Positions 54,101 to 62,808 of a stretch of DNA of 64,000 nt are shown piece after piece; positions within the stretch are counted from its first letter, which is position 1, and every line of letters starts with the position of its first letter. The position numbers and the translations under genes are program-made. Origin of the DNA: Antedon mediterranea (Eukaryota > Animalia > Echinodermata); assembly GCF_964355755.1 (NCBI RefSeq), contig NC_092670.1, positions 672,201-736,200 of the forward strand, read 5' to 3'. The notes under the pieces were generated by a model. That model was not told the DNA's origin, did no database searches, and saw only the letters and a program-made list of their open reading frames with translations.

Positions 54101-57100
54101 CAACACCATTCAAAGCAGGACACTTTCCTAGCTCAATAATTTTTGGTTCAAGATACTGCTGAATAACCTGTAATTTAAAATATATCTGGAATTCAGAATG
54201 TGTTTTTTATGAAAAAAAACAAATTTGGGACCTTCTGGTTTTGGGTTTCCGGTTTTCAGAGAGTCCAGTATTGGGAGAGTTTACTGTAGTAGTGTTAAAG
54301 GAAAAAGTAATTTGGCCAGGTCGTAACTATATGCTTTTACTGTGTCTTTCCAATATATATTGATTTTAATCAAATTTGAATCAAACATGATGATTTATTC
54401 TTTATTTATTTACTGGCAAAGATGAAACATGGGTCAAGACTCAACAATTGTGCTTAAAACAAGAACTGAAAGTTGAAAGATGTAATATTTGGTACCTTAA
54501 CTGATGAGTATCCCTCAGGAGCCCAAAACTGTAATCTATGTGAATATTTTCTTTTTGTCGATACTCCTTGCATACATTCGGCAATATGAACAAACTCCTC
54601 AATAGCGTCACAAGGCTTCATTGGTTTACCATTTTCACACACAAAACCTTCCCAATCAGGAAGGTATGACAACAAGCCAACTTCATAATCTGCTGCAATA
54701 CGTTCATCACGATTTGACATTACACCTACACCAAAGATCTTGCTTTGTAGCAAACCTTTAATTGGTTCGATGAATCGGCCTAACATTGATTTTTGTTCAC
54801 CAGATTTTACTTTTATGAGATCAGTCAATTTTGGATGATGTATCATATTATCATATTGATGGAAAACTCCTGAAATAAATATAAATAATAATAATAAAAA
54901 CGTTGTGCATAAAAAGACCATCCACATTAAATCAACCAAATCGACCAAGCTTAGAGCTGTGCTCTGTGATAATTTATACTTAACCTTATTTTGCTGTGGA
55001 TTTAATAATTTCTTTCCTTTTTAATATGAAAAAATGTGTATTTATACATATGATTAGAAAAGCAAACCATTAACAAGAGTACTGTATTATTGTGTGATGT
55101 GTAGGCATCTATATCAATTTCACTGAGGTATACAAAATTGAAATGTGTAACTGAAATGTAACTAGTGTTAGAAATACTTTACCTCCTCGACATTGTTTAA
55201 TACGTTTTGTTAACAGCAATCTGTTGACAATTGATCCTCCATATTGATTGTAGAGGAATTCCCAAGTGTGTTCCTCACTTCTAACATGACAGTATTTGTA
55301 CGCCACATTGGTAGATAGATAATACGGTTTAACCTCAAGTTTGCCAGTCATAAAAATGTACTTGTTTACGGTTCTGGCAAATGAAACAATAATATTACAT
55401 TGGTATATAATAATAGTACAATACAATCAAGCGTACACTCGATCTCAATGCAAACAAATACAAACAGAAATTAACAAGTCAGCGATTACTGACCATGCTG
55501 TGCAGATCAATCCCGCCATTGATTGGGATAAATTTAAAGTCATAGGACTGGGCAGAGAACCGGTCCGATTAAGACTCTGGGTAAAGGAATCCATCTGGAT
55601 CCAGAAGACCCCCAATTTCAATAGAGATGAGGGTGGTTACAACCTCAGTCAAGTGTGGACCAACGTGTTGACCCTGTCACTACACTTTGAGAAAGCTAAC
55701 TGATAGTTGGCGAAACTTCAGGTAAATAAAATATTTTTTATTTCCTGTTACAACCTACGGTTGAGATAATTATAATTAACTGTTATATTTTATATGAATT
55801 ACCAACCAAATGAATCTTTTCATGGAATAATATTACATTATTTATTTACTCTATACTGTACAAACATAATGAATTCATCTAAATCTACATTTTGTCCAAT
55901 GTAACAAAAGAAACAAAAAAATGTTGAATGTAAAGATGTCTGTTTCTAACTTTCTTTAATAACAAAACCATTCAATTGCTTTGACTGAATTCTTTAATTC
56001 TTTCACGCAAATGATATCCTATTGAATAAAAAGGGCAAATATTTCTTGCAAATTTAAATCAAATCACTAAGTAAAACAAGCATGAATGTGCGATACTCTG
56101 GGTGCAGCAAAAGAAGCTGTAATGACGTCATAAGACGGGATGTAACGTCACATACACATCAATAACCTCGCTACCAAATACGGCTATATTCCGAAAAGTT
56201 ACGTCACATAACAGGAGATGGCATAATTACGGTAAATTATGAGCAGAAGTGACGTCATAATATCATAAATAATCTTGAAAGAATTTCATTTAGCTTCGAT
56301 TTTGTATAGATGACAAATTTCGTTTTTGTAAAAGCACAAGTTAACGGAGTACTTACTCGAACGTTTCGATCTCTATCAGAGATCCTTCTCAACTGACTGC
56401 GGAGTGTTAATGCAGCTTGGTCATTCTTGACGTCATCTGTTGAATCCCCTATGTAAAAGGAATGGCAGAAAGAATACGACGCACTCTCTCCTATCACAAT
56501 GTCGGAACCTATTTCCTACCCCAAAATAAAATCAAGAATAGCCTCGTCCACCCAAAAGATAAAATCGAGAAGATGGATACATGTGGAGTAATCTACGAAG
56601 TCACCTGCCGCAACTGTCCACAAGTTTACATTGGGGACACAGGGAGGGCATTACAAACACGAATTAATGATCACAAAAAAGATGTTACAACAAACACGGG
56701 GGGAGTAATGACTATAGGGCCTCCAGAACATCCACATCTTCGATCATACACAAATCTGCCATTACAGAACATGTCATAAAACACAATCATGTACCAATTA
56801 ACTGGGAGGCTACCATCTTAACCAAAGAGCCTAAACGCAAAGACAGACAGATTAGAGAATCATTACATATAAGGAGAAATAAGGAGAAGACCATGAACCG
56901 GGACACTGAAGCCCACGAACTCTCGCATTTGTACAATGATTTGATAGACACATCACCTGGCCGAGCCCCGCACAACCTCCAACCTACAACCAGAGGCGTA
57001 CGACGTCATCAACAGATGACGTCAAGAATGACCAAGCTGCATTAACACTCCGCAGTCAGTTGAGAAGGATCTCTGATAGAGATTGAAACGTTCGAGTAAG

Positions 57101-60100
57101 TACTCCGTTAACTTGTGCTTTTACAAAAACGAAATTTGTCATCTAATCATAAATAATGTTTACTGTATATATTCTTATTCTCTAAGTCGAGACCTTTGAA
57201 ATGACACCAAACACGGCTATATTACGACGAAAATCGTTTGGCACCAAAGGTACCATCTTCGAGACGTCATATGGCTGCATCCAGTTTGAAATTAAAAAAT
57301 CCGGCTCTATAGCTTTGAGGACATGTCCCTGTAGTATATTCATGCCAAATGCCAGCTCAATACTACAACGAATAAGGGAGGAGTAGTACTTTATAAATCG
57401 CACTTTTTTCGATTGGTACCATATTTAAGACGTCATAATTCTGCATCCGGAAATTTTCTCTCTATAGCTTTATTCACCTATTACCCTAGTATATGCATGC
57501 CATGTTTCAGAGTCGTCAGACGACGCGTAAAGGACTAGTAGGACTTGAAAGTTGGCTCAATAGTGTCCAGGTGGAAGAGGAAGAGGAGAAGATGAGTCTT
57601 AGACTCGGGTACCCCAAGTAAAAATTGTTAATGTTTATAATTTGGAGACAGTTAAATTAAAGTTTCAAAACTATAGAGTATCACGGTGTGACGTCACAAT
57701 GATAGAGGGCGCTGCATGGTTGCTAGCCAACCAAAAAATGCGTTCAGCGCTACTATGTTGATAAACAGTAAAGATCTGTATTTCTATCAAATTATGTATC
57801 TTAGCTTGATTTTTTTTAACTTAAACTGTAGTTAAAGAATAAATAGGTTATTAAAAACAAATAGTTAGTGATCTTTTGAAATTTTAGTTTGTTTTATTGA
57901 AAATTATTAAGTTTTAAAATGACTACTTCAATAAGCCTATTCCAAACCATTGGTGATCTTGGAGTCACTCAGGCAGGCTGAACGCATTTTTGGTTGCACT
58001 AGCAACCACGCAGCGCCACCTACCATCGTGACGTCAGCACCGTGATACTCTATAGTCTTTTCTTAAAGAGTACCACTACTTACTTTTCTTGAACCATTTC
58101 AACAGCGTTATAATGGAATTGACCTAGATCCTTAGATCCAAAACGCATGTACACTGCATCAGTCTTCTTGTTAAATTTGAATTCAGGTGTAAGAACTGCA
58201 TGGAAGTATATTGTTACCATCTCTCCATTTTTATCTCTTAATGCACATGGCACAGTGAGATCCTTTTTGCTGAAAATAATTTATTTATAATAGAGGTAGT
58301 GAAAAATCATTTTAACGAATTTGAATGATAATATTTATTTATATTTTTTTAATTGGACAGATTCTATAAATTCCAAAAATTGAAAGATTAATAACCAGAT
58401 GATCTAGTTACCTCTTAATCGTACTAAAAAATGTATATATATATATAAATATTCATTAAATACTCACGGAGCTGCTTCTGTGCTGGAAACATTAGTATTA
58501 TATTTTGTATATATTTTATCCCCTCTTCTGGTATCATTTTCATTCTAAAAAAGTAAATTAGTACCATAAAAGAATCGTACACAACTTTCATTAAAAAAAA
58601 CAATCAATTGTACCATTGAAGTTGAATCTAAATGTTGACTGCATTTTTTTTTTTCAGGTATAAATTACTGTATAACAATGTTCTTACTATATTTGAACTA
58701 GTGGCGTCAGCATATGAACGACCTCCAGTGCCTGCTCCTTGGTTTGTTGTCTGTCTTGATTCTGGTCTTGACTGATCATTTTGTGGTTGATTTGACTCTA
58801 TACCTGAAGTCACCTTTAAAACATGGTTTAATATGATTATATATAGCATATTCAACTGGCCATAATTTTTTTCAATTCTAGAATAGCTATTTGAACTGTT
58901 ATAAATTTAAGATAGCACTTAGAATAAAAAGATTTGCTCAAAATGAACTAATTGAATAACAAATTGGATACGCAGAGATTAGTTTAGATAGTACATCTAA
59001 ATTCGGGCATGACAACCCCGCCAACTCAAGTCACCCCCTTGTAAAAATAAATAAAAAGTATAAAAGAAAAATACTAATAAAAAAAAAATAAATAAATAAC
59101 ATAATAAATAAATCCAAACAATCAAAACTAAACTTAAATTCAGCTGTGAATACTGCCACCACACCGACTAGTTCCGTGATAATCAACATGATGATTGTGG
59201 GAACTCATAATGAGGAAGATGAAGAAATAATTATAGGTTATACTTATTAAAAATAAATAAATATGATTATATATAAATAAAAAAAAAAAAAAATTAAAGT
59301 TTTGTATTTCGGTTGCTTTGCCCAAATTTACTTCTAAGTATCTTGAGTTGCAAAACAAAGGAATTTCAATGATGTTGGCTTAAATGTGATCAGGGAGCTT
59401 AAGTATTATTAATTAGATGTCTTACTTTATCTACTGTCGAACCTTCAGAACTTTGATCATTAGAAAGTGGATGAATTGAGACAGATTTTGTATGTGTTTG
59501 TGGCTTATTAGCATGTGCAGGAGGATTGCTGTCAACTGCAGATGAAGATTGATTTGGTCTTGGTCTGAAATTATACCCTGCTGTAGGAGTAGGAGTAGAA
59601 CTAGACTGATTCCCAAACACTTTAGTGTTTGGTGCATTCCCTGCCGCAGTTGTCTCTCCTGCTTTTGGCAGTTCTTCCGCTGCTGTCTGCCCTCCTGGAG
59701 TTGCCTGGTCTGCTACCACACATTGATTATTTGGATGTCCATCTTCAACACATGAATGTTGAACAATGTTTATAATCTTGTTTTCAAACTTGACATATCC
59801 TTCTATGCGATGCATTGTTCCAATGTCAGGTGTGTGATCTCCACTTTCAAGGTTTAAAAGTAATTCAGTTAATGATTCATCATCTTGATTTTTGTTGTGC
59901 ATCTCATTTCTTCCATCGGACTGACATTCTGAATCTGCAATGTTTTGTTTCACTGCATCCAACTTCTCTAATTTTATTACAGCACTGTGACGAGGTACAC
60001 CTGATGAAGAATCTGTTTGTCCAGGAGGTAGAGGTTGATTCTTATCCTGATTCTCTGATTTGTCTTTCTTTAAGGCAGCAATGTCTGCAGCAGGTGGTGG

Positions 60101-61079
60101 TATTGCACCCTGGTTTTCTGAACCTACATGGCATAATTTTTCTTTCTTTATGACAGCAATGTCTTCTTCAGGTGGTCTCTTGATACTTCGCTCACAACTT
60201 GAAGCTCCTATGAAAATGAATAAAATAAAATTAGACTGCAGAGTTTCAACACATTTTAGGTTTGTTAATTCAAGAAACACAAATATTAAAAAAATAATAA
60301 TATTAAGTGCATCTTAGTAAATCTACCCATGTATTGAGTTTGAACATTTTTTCACACAAAATGTTATTGTCATAGAATAGTACAATCATAGAATAGTACA
60401 ATCATAGAATAGTACGGTACATTGACAGTAATAAATTTTATATTGACTCTAGAAAAGACCTTCAGATATTAGCTTCATTAATTCATTTTATGCCACCAAT
60501 GCAAAACTCTGTACTCTTTTAAAGTAGAAAAAGCATGTCATTGTATTGAAAATTATTTTTAGAAAAAATTGTTTTAATACTAATAGGGTTGTAGGATCAT
60601 AGTATTACAGTACAATGCCACTTTAATTAGTTTTGAATTAGTCGAAAATAAATCTATATACCTTGTGATGTTTGTTGAATACGTGACCCACAGACAAAAC
60701 AAAATGCATGAAATGGTTGAATGGGATTTAGACAACTCTTGCATACAAGTTGGTTTGTCTGATTTTCATTAGACAACTTTTCAACACTCTTGTCACAAAA
60801 TTGTTCTTCTGGTTTCTCCTTTTTGTTTGTACAGTCTTGAGATTCACAGACGTTTGTGTTCTGAACTGAGCTTTCTTGCTGTTCCATTGGACGATTTTCA
60901 TGTCTGGATCTTTTACATTGCTCACAAAAAGGGTTGTTAGGGTTTTTTAATTTGTTTGTGCAGTCCGGAGAAGCACAATAATTAACAGTTTGATAACACT
61001 GGTCACAAAATTTATGTTTTTTGTTTTTTGTTTTGTTGTCGCAATGCAAAGAAGCACATTTGTTTTTCTTGGGAGCCAT
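6136..61079 (-). CDS. RNF213: RNF213/mysterin-like giant AAA+ ATPase and E3 ubiquitin ligase, multi-exon (about 85-90 coding exons)
   Basis: Dozens of minus-strand exons bounded by AG/GT join in the domain order of RNF213. The ATG sits in GCACCATGG context at 61079. Landmarks are CBM20-like VTIYFHAVL, Walker A motifs GVGKS, GETGCGKT and GKPGSSKS, Walker B motifs FFDEANTT and VLDEVGLAE, a RING, the RZ finger CPNGH, and CTD exons 12947-13036, 6840-7012 and 6136-6283 ending ...HAVDAWKTIAQLYSTQE*. Not every exon boundary was verified. Confidence 0.96.
6316..6775. repeat. Degenerate (GAGTAAGTGT/GAGTAT)n simple repeat in the last RNF213 intron
   Basis: Visible gagtaagtgtgtgagtat iterations, which explain the HT/LT-rich spurious ORFs. 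Confidence 0.9.
7454..7573 (-). mobile_element. Short 5'-truncated retroposon 3' end inserted in the minisatellite
   Basis: 120 bp of foreign sequence replaces cctgagag of one unit. The minus strand ends aataaagttattattatt, an L2/CR1-like tail. Confidence 0.55.
9381..11808 (+). mobile_element. Non-autonomous Helentron/Helitron-like (HINE/DINE-1-type) element
   Basis: 5' inverted repeat taggtgatcattt-agaata-aaatgatcaccta, then (tta)n. At the 3' end a subTIR aaaatgatcaccta, hairpin taattcgtca-aag-tgacgaatta and terminal ctag. It is inserted cleanly in one repeat unit (ctaa|ttcc) with no TSD. Confidence 0.82.
10892..11732. mobile_element. MITE with ~70-bp TIRs and internal ttgcgcaatttgaaattgcgcaa palindromes, nested in the Helentron-like element
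   Basis: catgtgttatgcgcgatttgaacgatttg... and ...caaatcgttcaaatcgcgcataacacatg. No clear TSD. Confidence 0.8.
12947..13036 (-). CDS. RNF213: RNF213 CTD exon (90 nt) whose 3' end seeds the 59-bp minisatellite
   Basis: tctttatag|GCA TCC...TCC CAG|gtaaac encodes ASHQCSLKHVLALWQLLAMEKAARLINNSQ, in phase with flanking exons 16290-16490 and 6840-7012. Confidence 0.9.
13921..15546 (+). CDS. TRIM-NHL-like protein (TRIM2/3/71 architecture without RING), nested antisense in an RNF213 intron
   Basis: 541-aa uninterrupted ORF with a B-box (CIHC..FFCTCCQLTFCKDC..H), coiled coil, filamin-type Ig (..ITVDNRNIKGSP..) and NHL repeats (LAYPSGVTV, MNGPLDVAL..LLVADTQNSRVQIFDTNGEF, PCGIIVDEVGNIIVS). The ATG directly follows an acceptor-like tattttgtag. 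Confidence 0.88.
   Translation: MDTCIHCNNKFDFFCTCCQLTFCKDCDVASCYQNKHYVITMNTAVNRFKKELDEVKKLTDDIKLKIEEKRDSIMNDNNNFQRHKTACKTDIDCLKNKVIKEVEDKCKKLISDLDNLSEERDKVFPNKVDFFDSVMEDVDRLNLSITKLCNPRDLNRLERFEKDLSLTRNKVIDDDQRSLMPKFIQSKRMNDMISCNIIGEIIAYDPDYEVVTCTTNKLVQTGESFTIDVLSSRLNQACQVVANLTKSTGERSNVEVIHVSENMYKIKSLCNSEGDWKMKITVDNRNIKGSPIDIVVVLRLVCTIDNISNNMGKKNTKRVVDVMSLQDGSILISNGSCEVLKFNQSGSFVDSIDSSQNVCNMCKLDDNHIVYSNHVNGPCIVLCNDQFKEIRSFGKDKLAYPSGVTVNKPTRVVYVTDDQHGVLKFSVDNGEYLGRIGRTIIKSEDKRPEDEEMNGPLDVALNHDNQLLVADTQNSRVQIFDTNGEFVSIAICAGQEDGKVICPCGIIVDEVGNIIVSSNNMLQLFNKNGVFIKRIDHKEDG
15547..15642 (+). pseudogene. In-frame continuation of the last NHL repeat beyond an internal TAA
   Basis: After GGG TAA the same frame reads NIPLGITTIKGTARKLAVANRTGNNVYIYNY*, a typical terminal NHL blade. 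Confidence 0.75.
16005..16108. repeat. ~33-39 bp tandem repeat x3
   Basis: aactgaactgtcacttgtttcaaattaactgt occurs three times. Confidence 0.8.
17370..17640 (-). mobile_element. tRNA-derived SINE (same family as 31861-32145)
   Basis: The reverse complement shows B box ggttcgaatcc, ccttaggcaagatacttta, caggtgtataaataggtaccc and tail agcgcttagaggtttcac. Confidence 0.8.
18057..18196. mobile_element. Short PIF/Harbinger-like MITE
   Basis: TIR agctctg..cactatcaaacttt / aaagtttgatagtgtagacagagct with TAA/TTA flanks. Relatives at about 18771-18855 (partial) and 33407-33548. Confidence 0.75.
20467..20760 (-). CDS. RNF213: RNF213 RZ finger (35-nt exon 20726-20760 plus exon 20467-20573)
   Basis: Spliced translation CPNGHPYVIGD|CGRAYGTGRCMECGAPIGGEGH matches the RZ (RNF213-ZNFX1) finger pattern. 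Confidence 0.93.
20812..20950 (+). mobile_element. Degenerate tRNA-derived SINE (Deu/Nin-domain-like)
   Basis: A-box-like gtggccaagcggttaag, decayed B box, and aggactgtaaaccataggtcc motif. Confidence 0.5.
23693..24245 (+). mobile_element. 5'-truncated RTE-like LINE (ORF2 C-terminus) with 12-bp TSD
   Basis: ORF with IFLYNSELW...RRRLKWYGHIIR...KRPVGRPRNNW...W. Direct repeat caaatgcagtta at 23681-23692 and 24246-24257. Confidence 0.9.
25156..25344 (-). CDS. RNF213: RNF213 C3HC4 RING finger exon
   Basis: Hand translation, absent from the ORF track: CGMCEESIADPVMLPCEPKHVFCKECIEEYFITEMARKCPTC, flanked by AG and GTAAGG. Confidence 0.93.
26991..27220. repeat. 51-bp tandem repeat, 4.5 copies, containing a copy of the neighbouring splice donor
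   Basis: Unit ttattgacattataggtaaaacatgtggatcatatagcagcataccatgtg. The segment gatcatatagcagcatacc also spans the real donor at 27266-27284. Confidence 0.93.
29457..29512 (-). mobile_element. tRNA-like SINE head fragment
   Basis: The reverse complement gtggcttggtggttatgatgcttggctaccaatcaaagggtcgtgggttcagtccc has A-box and B-box remnants. Confidence 0.5.
29575..41742 (-). CDS. RNF213: RNF213 dynein-like AAA+ core (AAA1-AAA6), about 33 exons
   Basis: AAA2 SSKRPGVGKS (40048-40279). AAA3 IPVIVMGETGCGKT (37269-37398) and ILFFDEANTT...VAACNPY (36692-36930). AAA4 PLFLVGKPGSSKSLAK (34527-34749) and VVVLDEVGLAEDSPRMPLK (34249-34419). Also IIYGSSFPFDQEY and FPIPLINRLEKH. Confidence 0.95.
31861..32145 (+). 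mobile_element. tRNA-derived SINE with CORE-like centre and L2-like tail
   Basis: A box gtggcgcagtg, B box ggttcgaatcc, accttaggcaagatacttta, cacccaggtgtataaatggg, then taagcgcttagag...gctatataaat...(tta)n. Confidence 0.8.
33407..33548. mobile_element. PIF/Harbinger-like MITE (family of 18057-18196)
   Basis: taaagccttgtgtacactataaaac ... gtttgatagtgtagacagagcttaa, with internal catatcactaccatatttgg repeats. Confidence 0.7.
45268..45480. repeat. Foldback inverted repeat around a (TA)n core
   Basis: ttatcgtttcaaa...ttcagtgtatcaccgggcggttt mirrors aaaccgcccggtgatatactgaa...tttgaaacgataa. Confidence 0.7.
45648..46050. mobile_element. Penelope-type pLTR relic: tandem plus inverted repeats around a hammerhead-like core
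   Basis: About 45648-45737 is the near-exact inverse of about 45911-45987, and 45736-45850 is a diverged inverse of 45930-46050. A CTGATGA...GAAA core lies between them. Confidence 0.65.
45853..45893 (-). ncRNA. Minimal hammerhead ribozyme-like motif
   Basis: Minus strand: gca CTGATGA a gggc tagtgtt gccc GAAA gc TC. Canonical core and stem II, but stem I pairing is weak. Confidence 0.6.
46983..47266. mobile_element. MITE with CAG(T/G)GG..GGATCC TIRs and 5-bp TSD
   Basis: cagtggtggatcctgg ... tctggatcctcccctg, with aaaat on both flanks. Confidence 0.6.
47778..49863. mobile_element. Non-autonomous PIF/Harbinger-like DNA transposon (~2.1 kb)
   Basis: TIRs ggcgtcatgtccaaatgttt / aaacatttggacatgatgcc and TTA TSD at 47775-47777 and 49864-49866. 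The interior is CpG-richer and has no intact ORF. Confidence 0.85.
53203..53843 (+). mobile_element. Truncated Penelope-like retroelement (GIY-YIG fragment) with inverted pLTRs
   Basis: ORF NCPQAYIGETGRALKTRIKEH...SAITDHA...IKESINI...NRDEG. 127-bp inverted repeats at 53222-53348 and 53717-53843. TSD aaaaatgtattt at 53191-53202 and 53844-53855. Confidence 0.92.
53754..53792 (+). ncRNA. Variant minimal hammerhead-like motif in Penelope pLTR (mirror copy on minus strand at ~53273-53311)
   Basis: cag TTGAGAA t gaaacct-gat-aggtttc GAAA cg TA ctg. Stems I and II pair, but the core deviates from CUGANGA. Confidence 0.55.
55183..58269 (-). CDS. RNF213: RNF213 CBM20-like domain (exons 58084-58269 and 55183-55373)
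   Basis: Translates as EMVTIYFHAVLTPEFKFNKKTDAVYMRFGSKDLG and VAYKYCHV...WEFLY...IVNRLL, resembling the RNF213 CBM20 region (VTVFFHAI...IPYKY...EFIY...VNRCL). Confidence 0.85.
55420..55830 (+). mobile_element. Penelope-like 3' fragment (GIY-YIG C-terminus plus pLTR)
   Basis: NKSAITDHA...IDWD...WVKESIWI...NRDEGGYNLS, followed by TTGAGAA a gctaact-gat-agttggc GAAA. Confidence 0.82.
56070..57625 (-). mobile_element. Possible older Helentron/HINE-like element interrupted by the Penelope copy
   Basis: CpG- and gacgtca-rich sequence continues on both sides of the Penelope TSD, with a (gaa/gag) microsatellite near one end. Termini are not firmly defined. Confidence 0.35.
56274..57145 (+). mobile_element. 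Truncated Penelope-like retroelement with inverted pLTRs
   Basis: GVIYEVTCRNCPQVYIGDTGRALQTRINDH, then a frameshifted HKSAITEH...IRESLHI...NRD. 137-bp inverted repeats at 56307-56443 and 57009-57145. TSD atcataaataat at 56262-56273 and 57146-57157. Core TTGAGAA g gatctct-gat-agagat(c/t) GAAA. Confidence 0.92.
57671..58055. mobile_element. MITE with ~75-bp imperfect TIRs (superfamily unclear)
   Basis: ctatagagtatcacggtgtgacgtcac...aaaaatgcgttcagc and gctgaacgcattttt...gtgacgtcagcaccgtgatactctatag. Confidence 0.85.
59426..60207 (-). CDS. RNF213: RNF213 N-terminal disordered exon (S/Q/P/T-rich)
   Basis: Long open frame between an acceptor at 60208-60209 and a GTAAG donor at 59424-59425. It is low-complexity like the vertebrate N-terminal arm. 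Confidence 0.75.
60662..61079 (-). CDS. RNF213: RNF213 first coding exon: tandem Cys4 fingers plus zinc ribbon
   Basis: Acceptor AG at 61092-61093, Kozak-like ATG and donor at 60660-60661. It encodes two C-x4-C-x11-C-x2-C motifs, a degenerate third, and CKSC...FCFVCG. Assignment to RNF213 is by colinearity and compatible splice phase. Confidence 0.75.
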
Positions 61080-61874
61080 GGTGCTGACAATCTAATGGAA
61101 GAAACGGAAGAAACTATAAAAGTCTATCACTAATTTAAAATGGGTGTGTCATTGTCATGTAAAGGTGTGATGCACATAGAATAAATATTCCGGGGTCATA
61201 TAGTGCCTAATATAACAAATTTATAGCAAATAACATCAAACTGTAGGCCAAAATGGTTTTACTTTATTATTTTTTTTCTTAAAAAATTGTAAATTTTAAA
61301 AGGACTAGACCGCCGTTCCACAACCTATGGGTTGCCAAAAAATGATGGGTTGCGAAACTTTTTATCAATTATACACTGATCAAATGTTCTCAGTTTCATA
61401 GAATCTACACACTGATTACATTTTAAATCTACAGTTTTTTTGTTGAGGCAAGTAGCGTACCGTCACAATTGGGAATATCGACGACAGGGCAATGGACGCT
61501 TTTGACGCATATTCGTTGTTAATATACAAGTGGGGAATCCCCTTTTAGGACGTGGATTTACCTACCAACTGGTTCTACGACGACGATAGTTTTCTGTAGT
61601 TTACAAAAGAGTGTATTACTTGACTGAAAAACTGCAAACTTTGGTGTACCGGCGGTGGGAACTCTTACAATGAACAATGAATAGAAACAGGACCATCCCA
61701 AATGATGTTTCACTCATAGCGATGTCATTCAGGCCCTAGCAAGGGGAACTTTTTATGGTTCGGGAGAACACCTTGACGTTAGCATTGAACACATGTTATC
61801 CTTAGTCGTGTGTGGTTACCAGCGGAAAAAGTATGCTACAACCAGTGGCTACGGGGGCTCTAGCCCCCCCGTCG

Positions 61875-62517
61875 GGGAACACGGGTACTTCTTGTCGGGG
61901 AATATAATATACAGTAGAAAACGTTCGCATTCACTTGGTAGCTTCAGCGCCTAGAAAACCGCGACGTTTCATTGACCGTGAGAGTACGTCAGAGTGATAC
62001 TGTATTATGCACTTTATATGCATTCATTATTGCCAGCGATCTAACTACTAAACAATAGCTAGTACGCACTTGTCTGGCGGTATCCCTTTGTACGAATCGT
62101 TCAACGTTGGGTCGAGACGAGTGATATCAAGTTCCATCCAGGGACCAAAATGTGTAATGTAGTTATTTTCCAGGCGAAGTTTACCGACGGTTACCGAAGG
62201 GAACACGGGTACTTTTTGTCTGGGAATATAATATACAGTAAAAAGCGTTCGCGTTCACTTCGTAGCTTCAGCGCCTAGAAAACCGCGACGTTTCATTGAC
62301 CGTGAGAGTACGTCAGAGTGATATTATGCACTTTATATGCATTCATTATTGCCAGCGATCTAACTTACTACTAAACAATAGCTAGGTACGCACTTGTCTG
62401 GTGGTATCCCTTTGTACGAATCGTTCAACGTTGGGTCGAGACGCGTGATATCATGTTCCATCCAGGGACCAAAATGTGTACTGTAGTTATTTTCCAGGGA
62501 AGTTTACCGACGGTTAC
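61875..62517. repeat. ~324-bp tandem duplication
   Basis: Copies start gggaacacgggtact at 61875 and 62199 and both end agtttaccgacggttac. Confidence 0.92.
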
Positions 62518-62551
62518 GTCGTGTACTGTGTCGACGTACGCTACACTACAG

Positions 62552-62720
62552 CAGGCCTCGAATTTGGGGATTTTAGGGGCAAGGCCATTTGGCCTCCGGT
62601 TTTCGTTGATTTGAGGGGCACCAAGGCCAAATGGGAGGGCACCAAGGCCATTTGTTTTAAATCGAAGGGGCACCAAGGCCAAAATTAAAAAATATTTTAA
62701 TAACTAGGCCAAAATTTAAA
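62552..62720 (+). mobile_element. Possible hAT-like element end with subterminal ggcaccaaggcca repeats
   Basis: Starts caggcctcgaattt and has 3-5 aaggcca/ggcaccaaggcca units. The partner end was not found in the window. Confidence 0.4.
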
Positions 62721-62795
62721 AATAGCTTGTTTCCGGTTGAGCGCCCGGGTGGAATTTTTTTCAAAAAAAAAAAATTCTACCCGCAAACATTTTTG

Positions 62796-62808
62796 GGGGA
62801 ATTTCCCC
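62796..62808. promoter_or_regulatory. NF-kB consensus-like site GGGGAATTTCCCC (second site GGGGAATCCCC at 61532-61542)
   Basis: Matches GGGRNWYYCC and lies 5' of the RNF213 first coding exon. Motif match only. Confidence 0.4.

Noticed and set aside
59750-59800. RHIM-like amyloid motif in IINIVQHSCV
   Set aside because: Lacks the (I/V)Q(I/V/L/C)G core.
6136-61079. Several separate small genes, as suggested by the ORF track
   Set aside because: The short minus-strand ORFs are exons with intronic run-on, and they are colinear with a single RNF213 protein.
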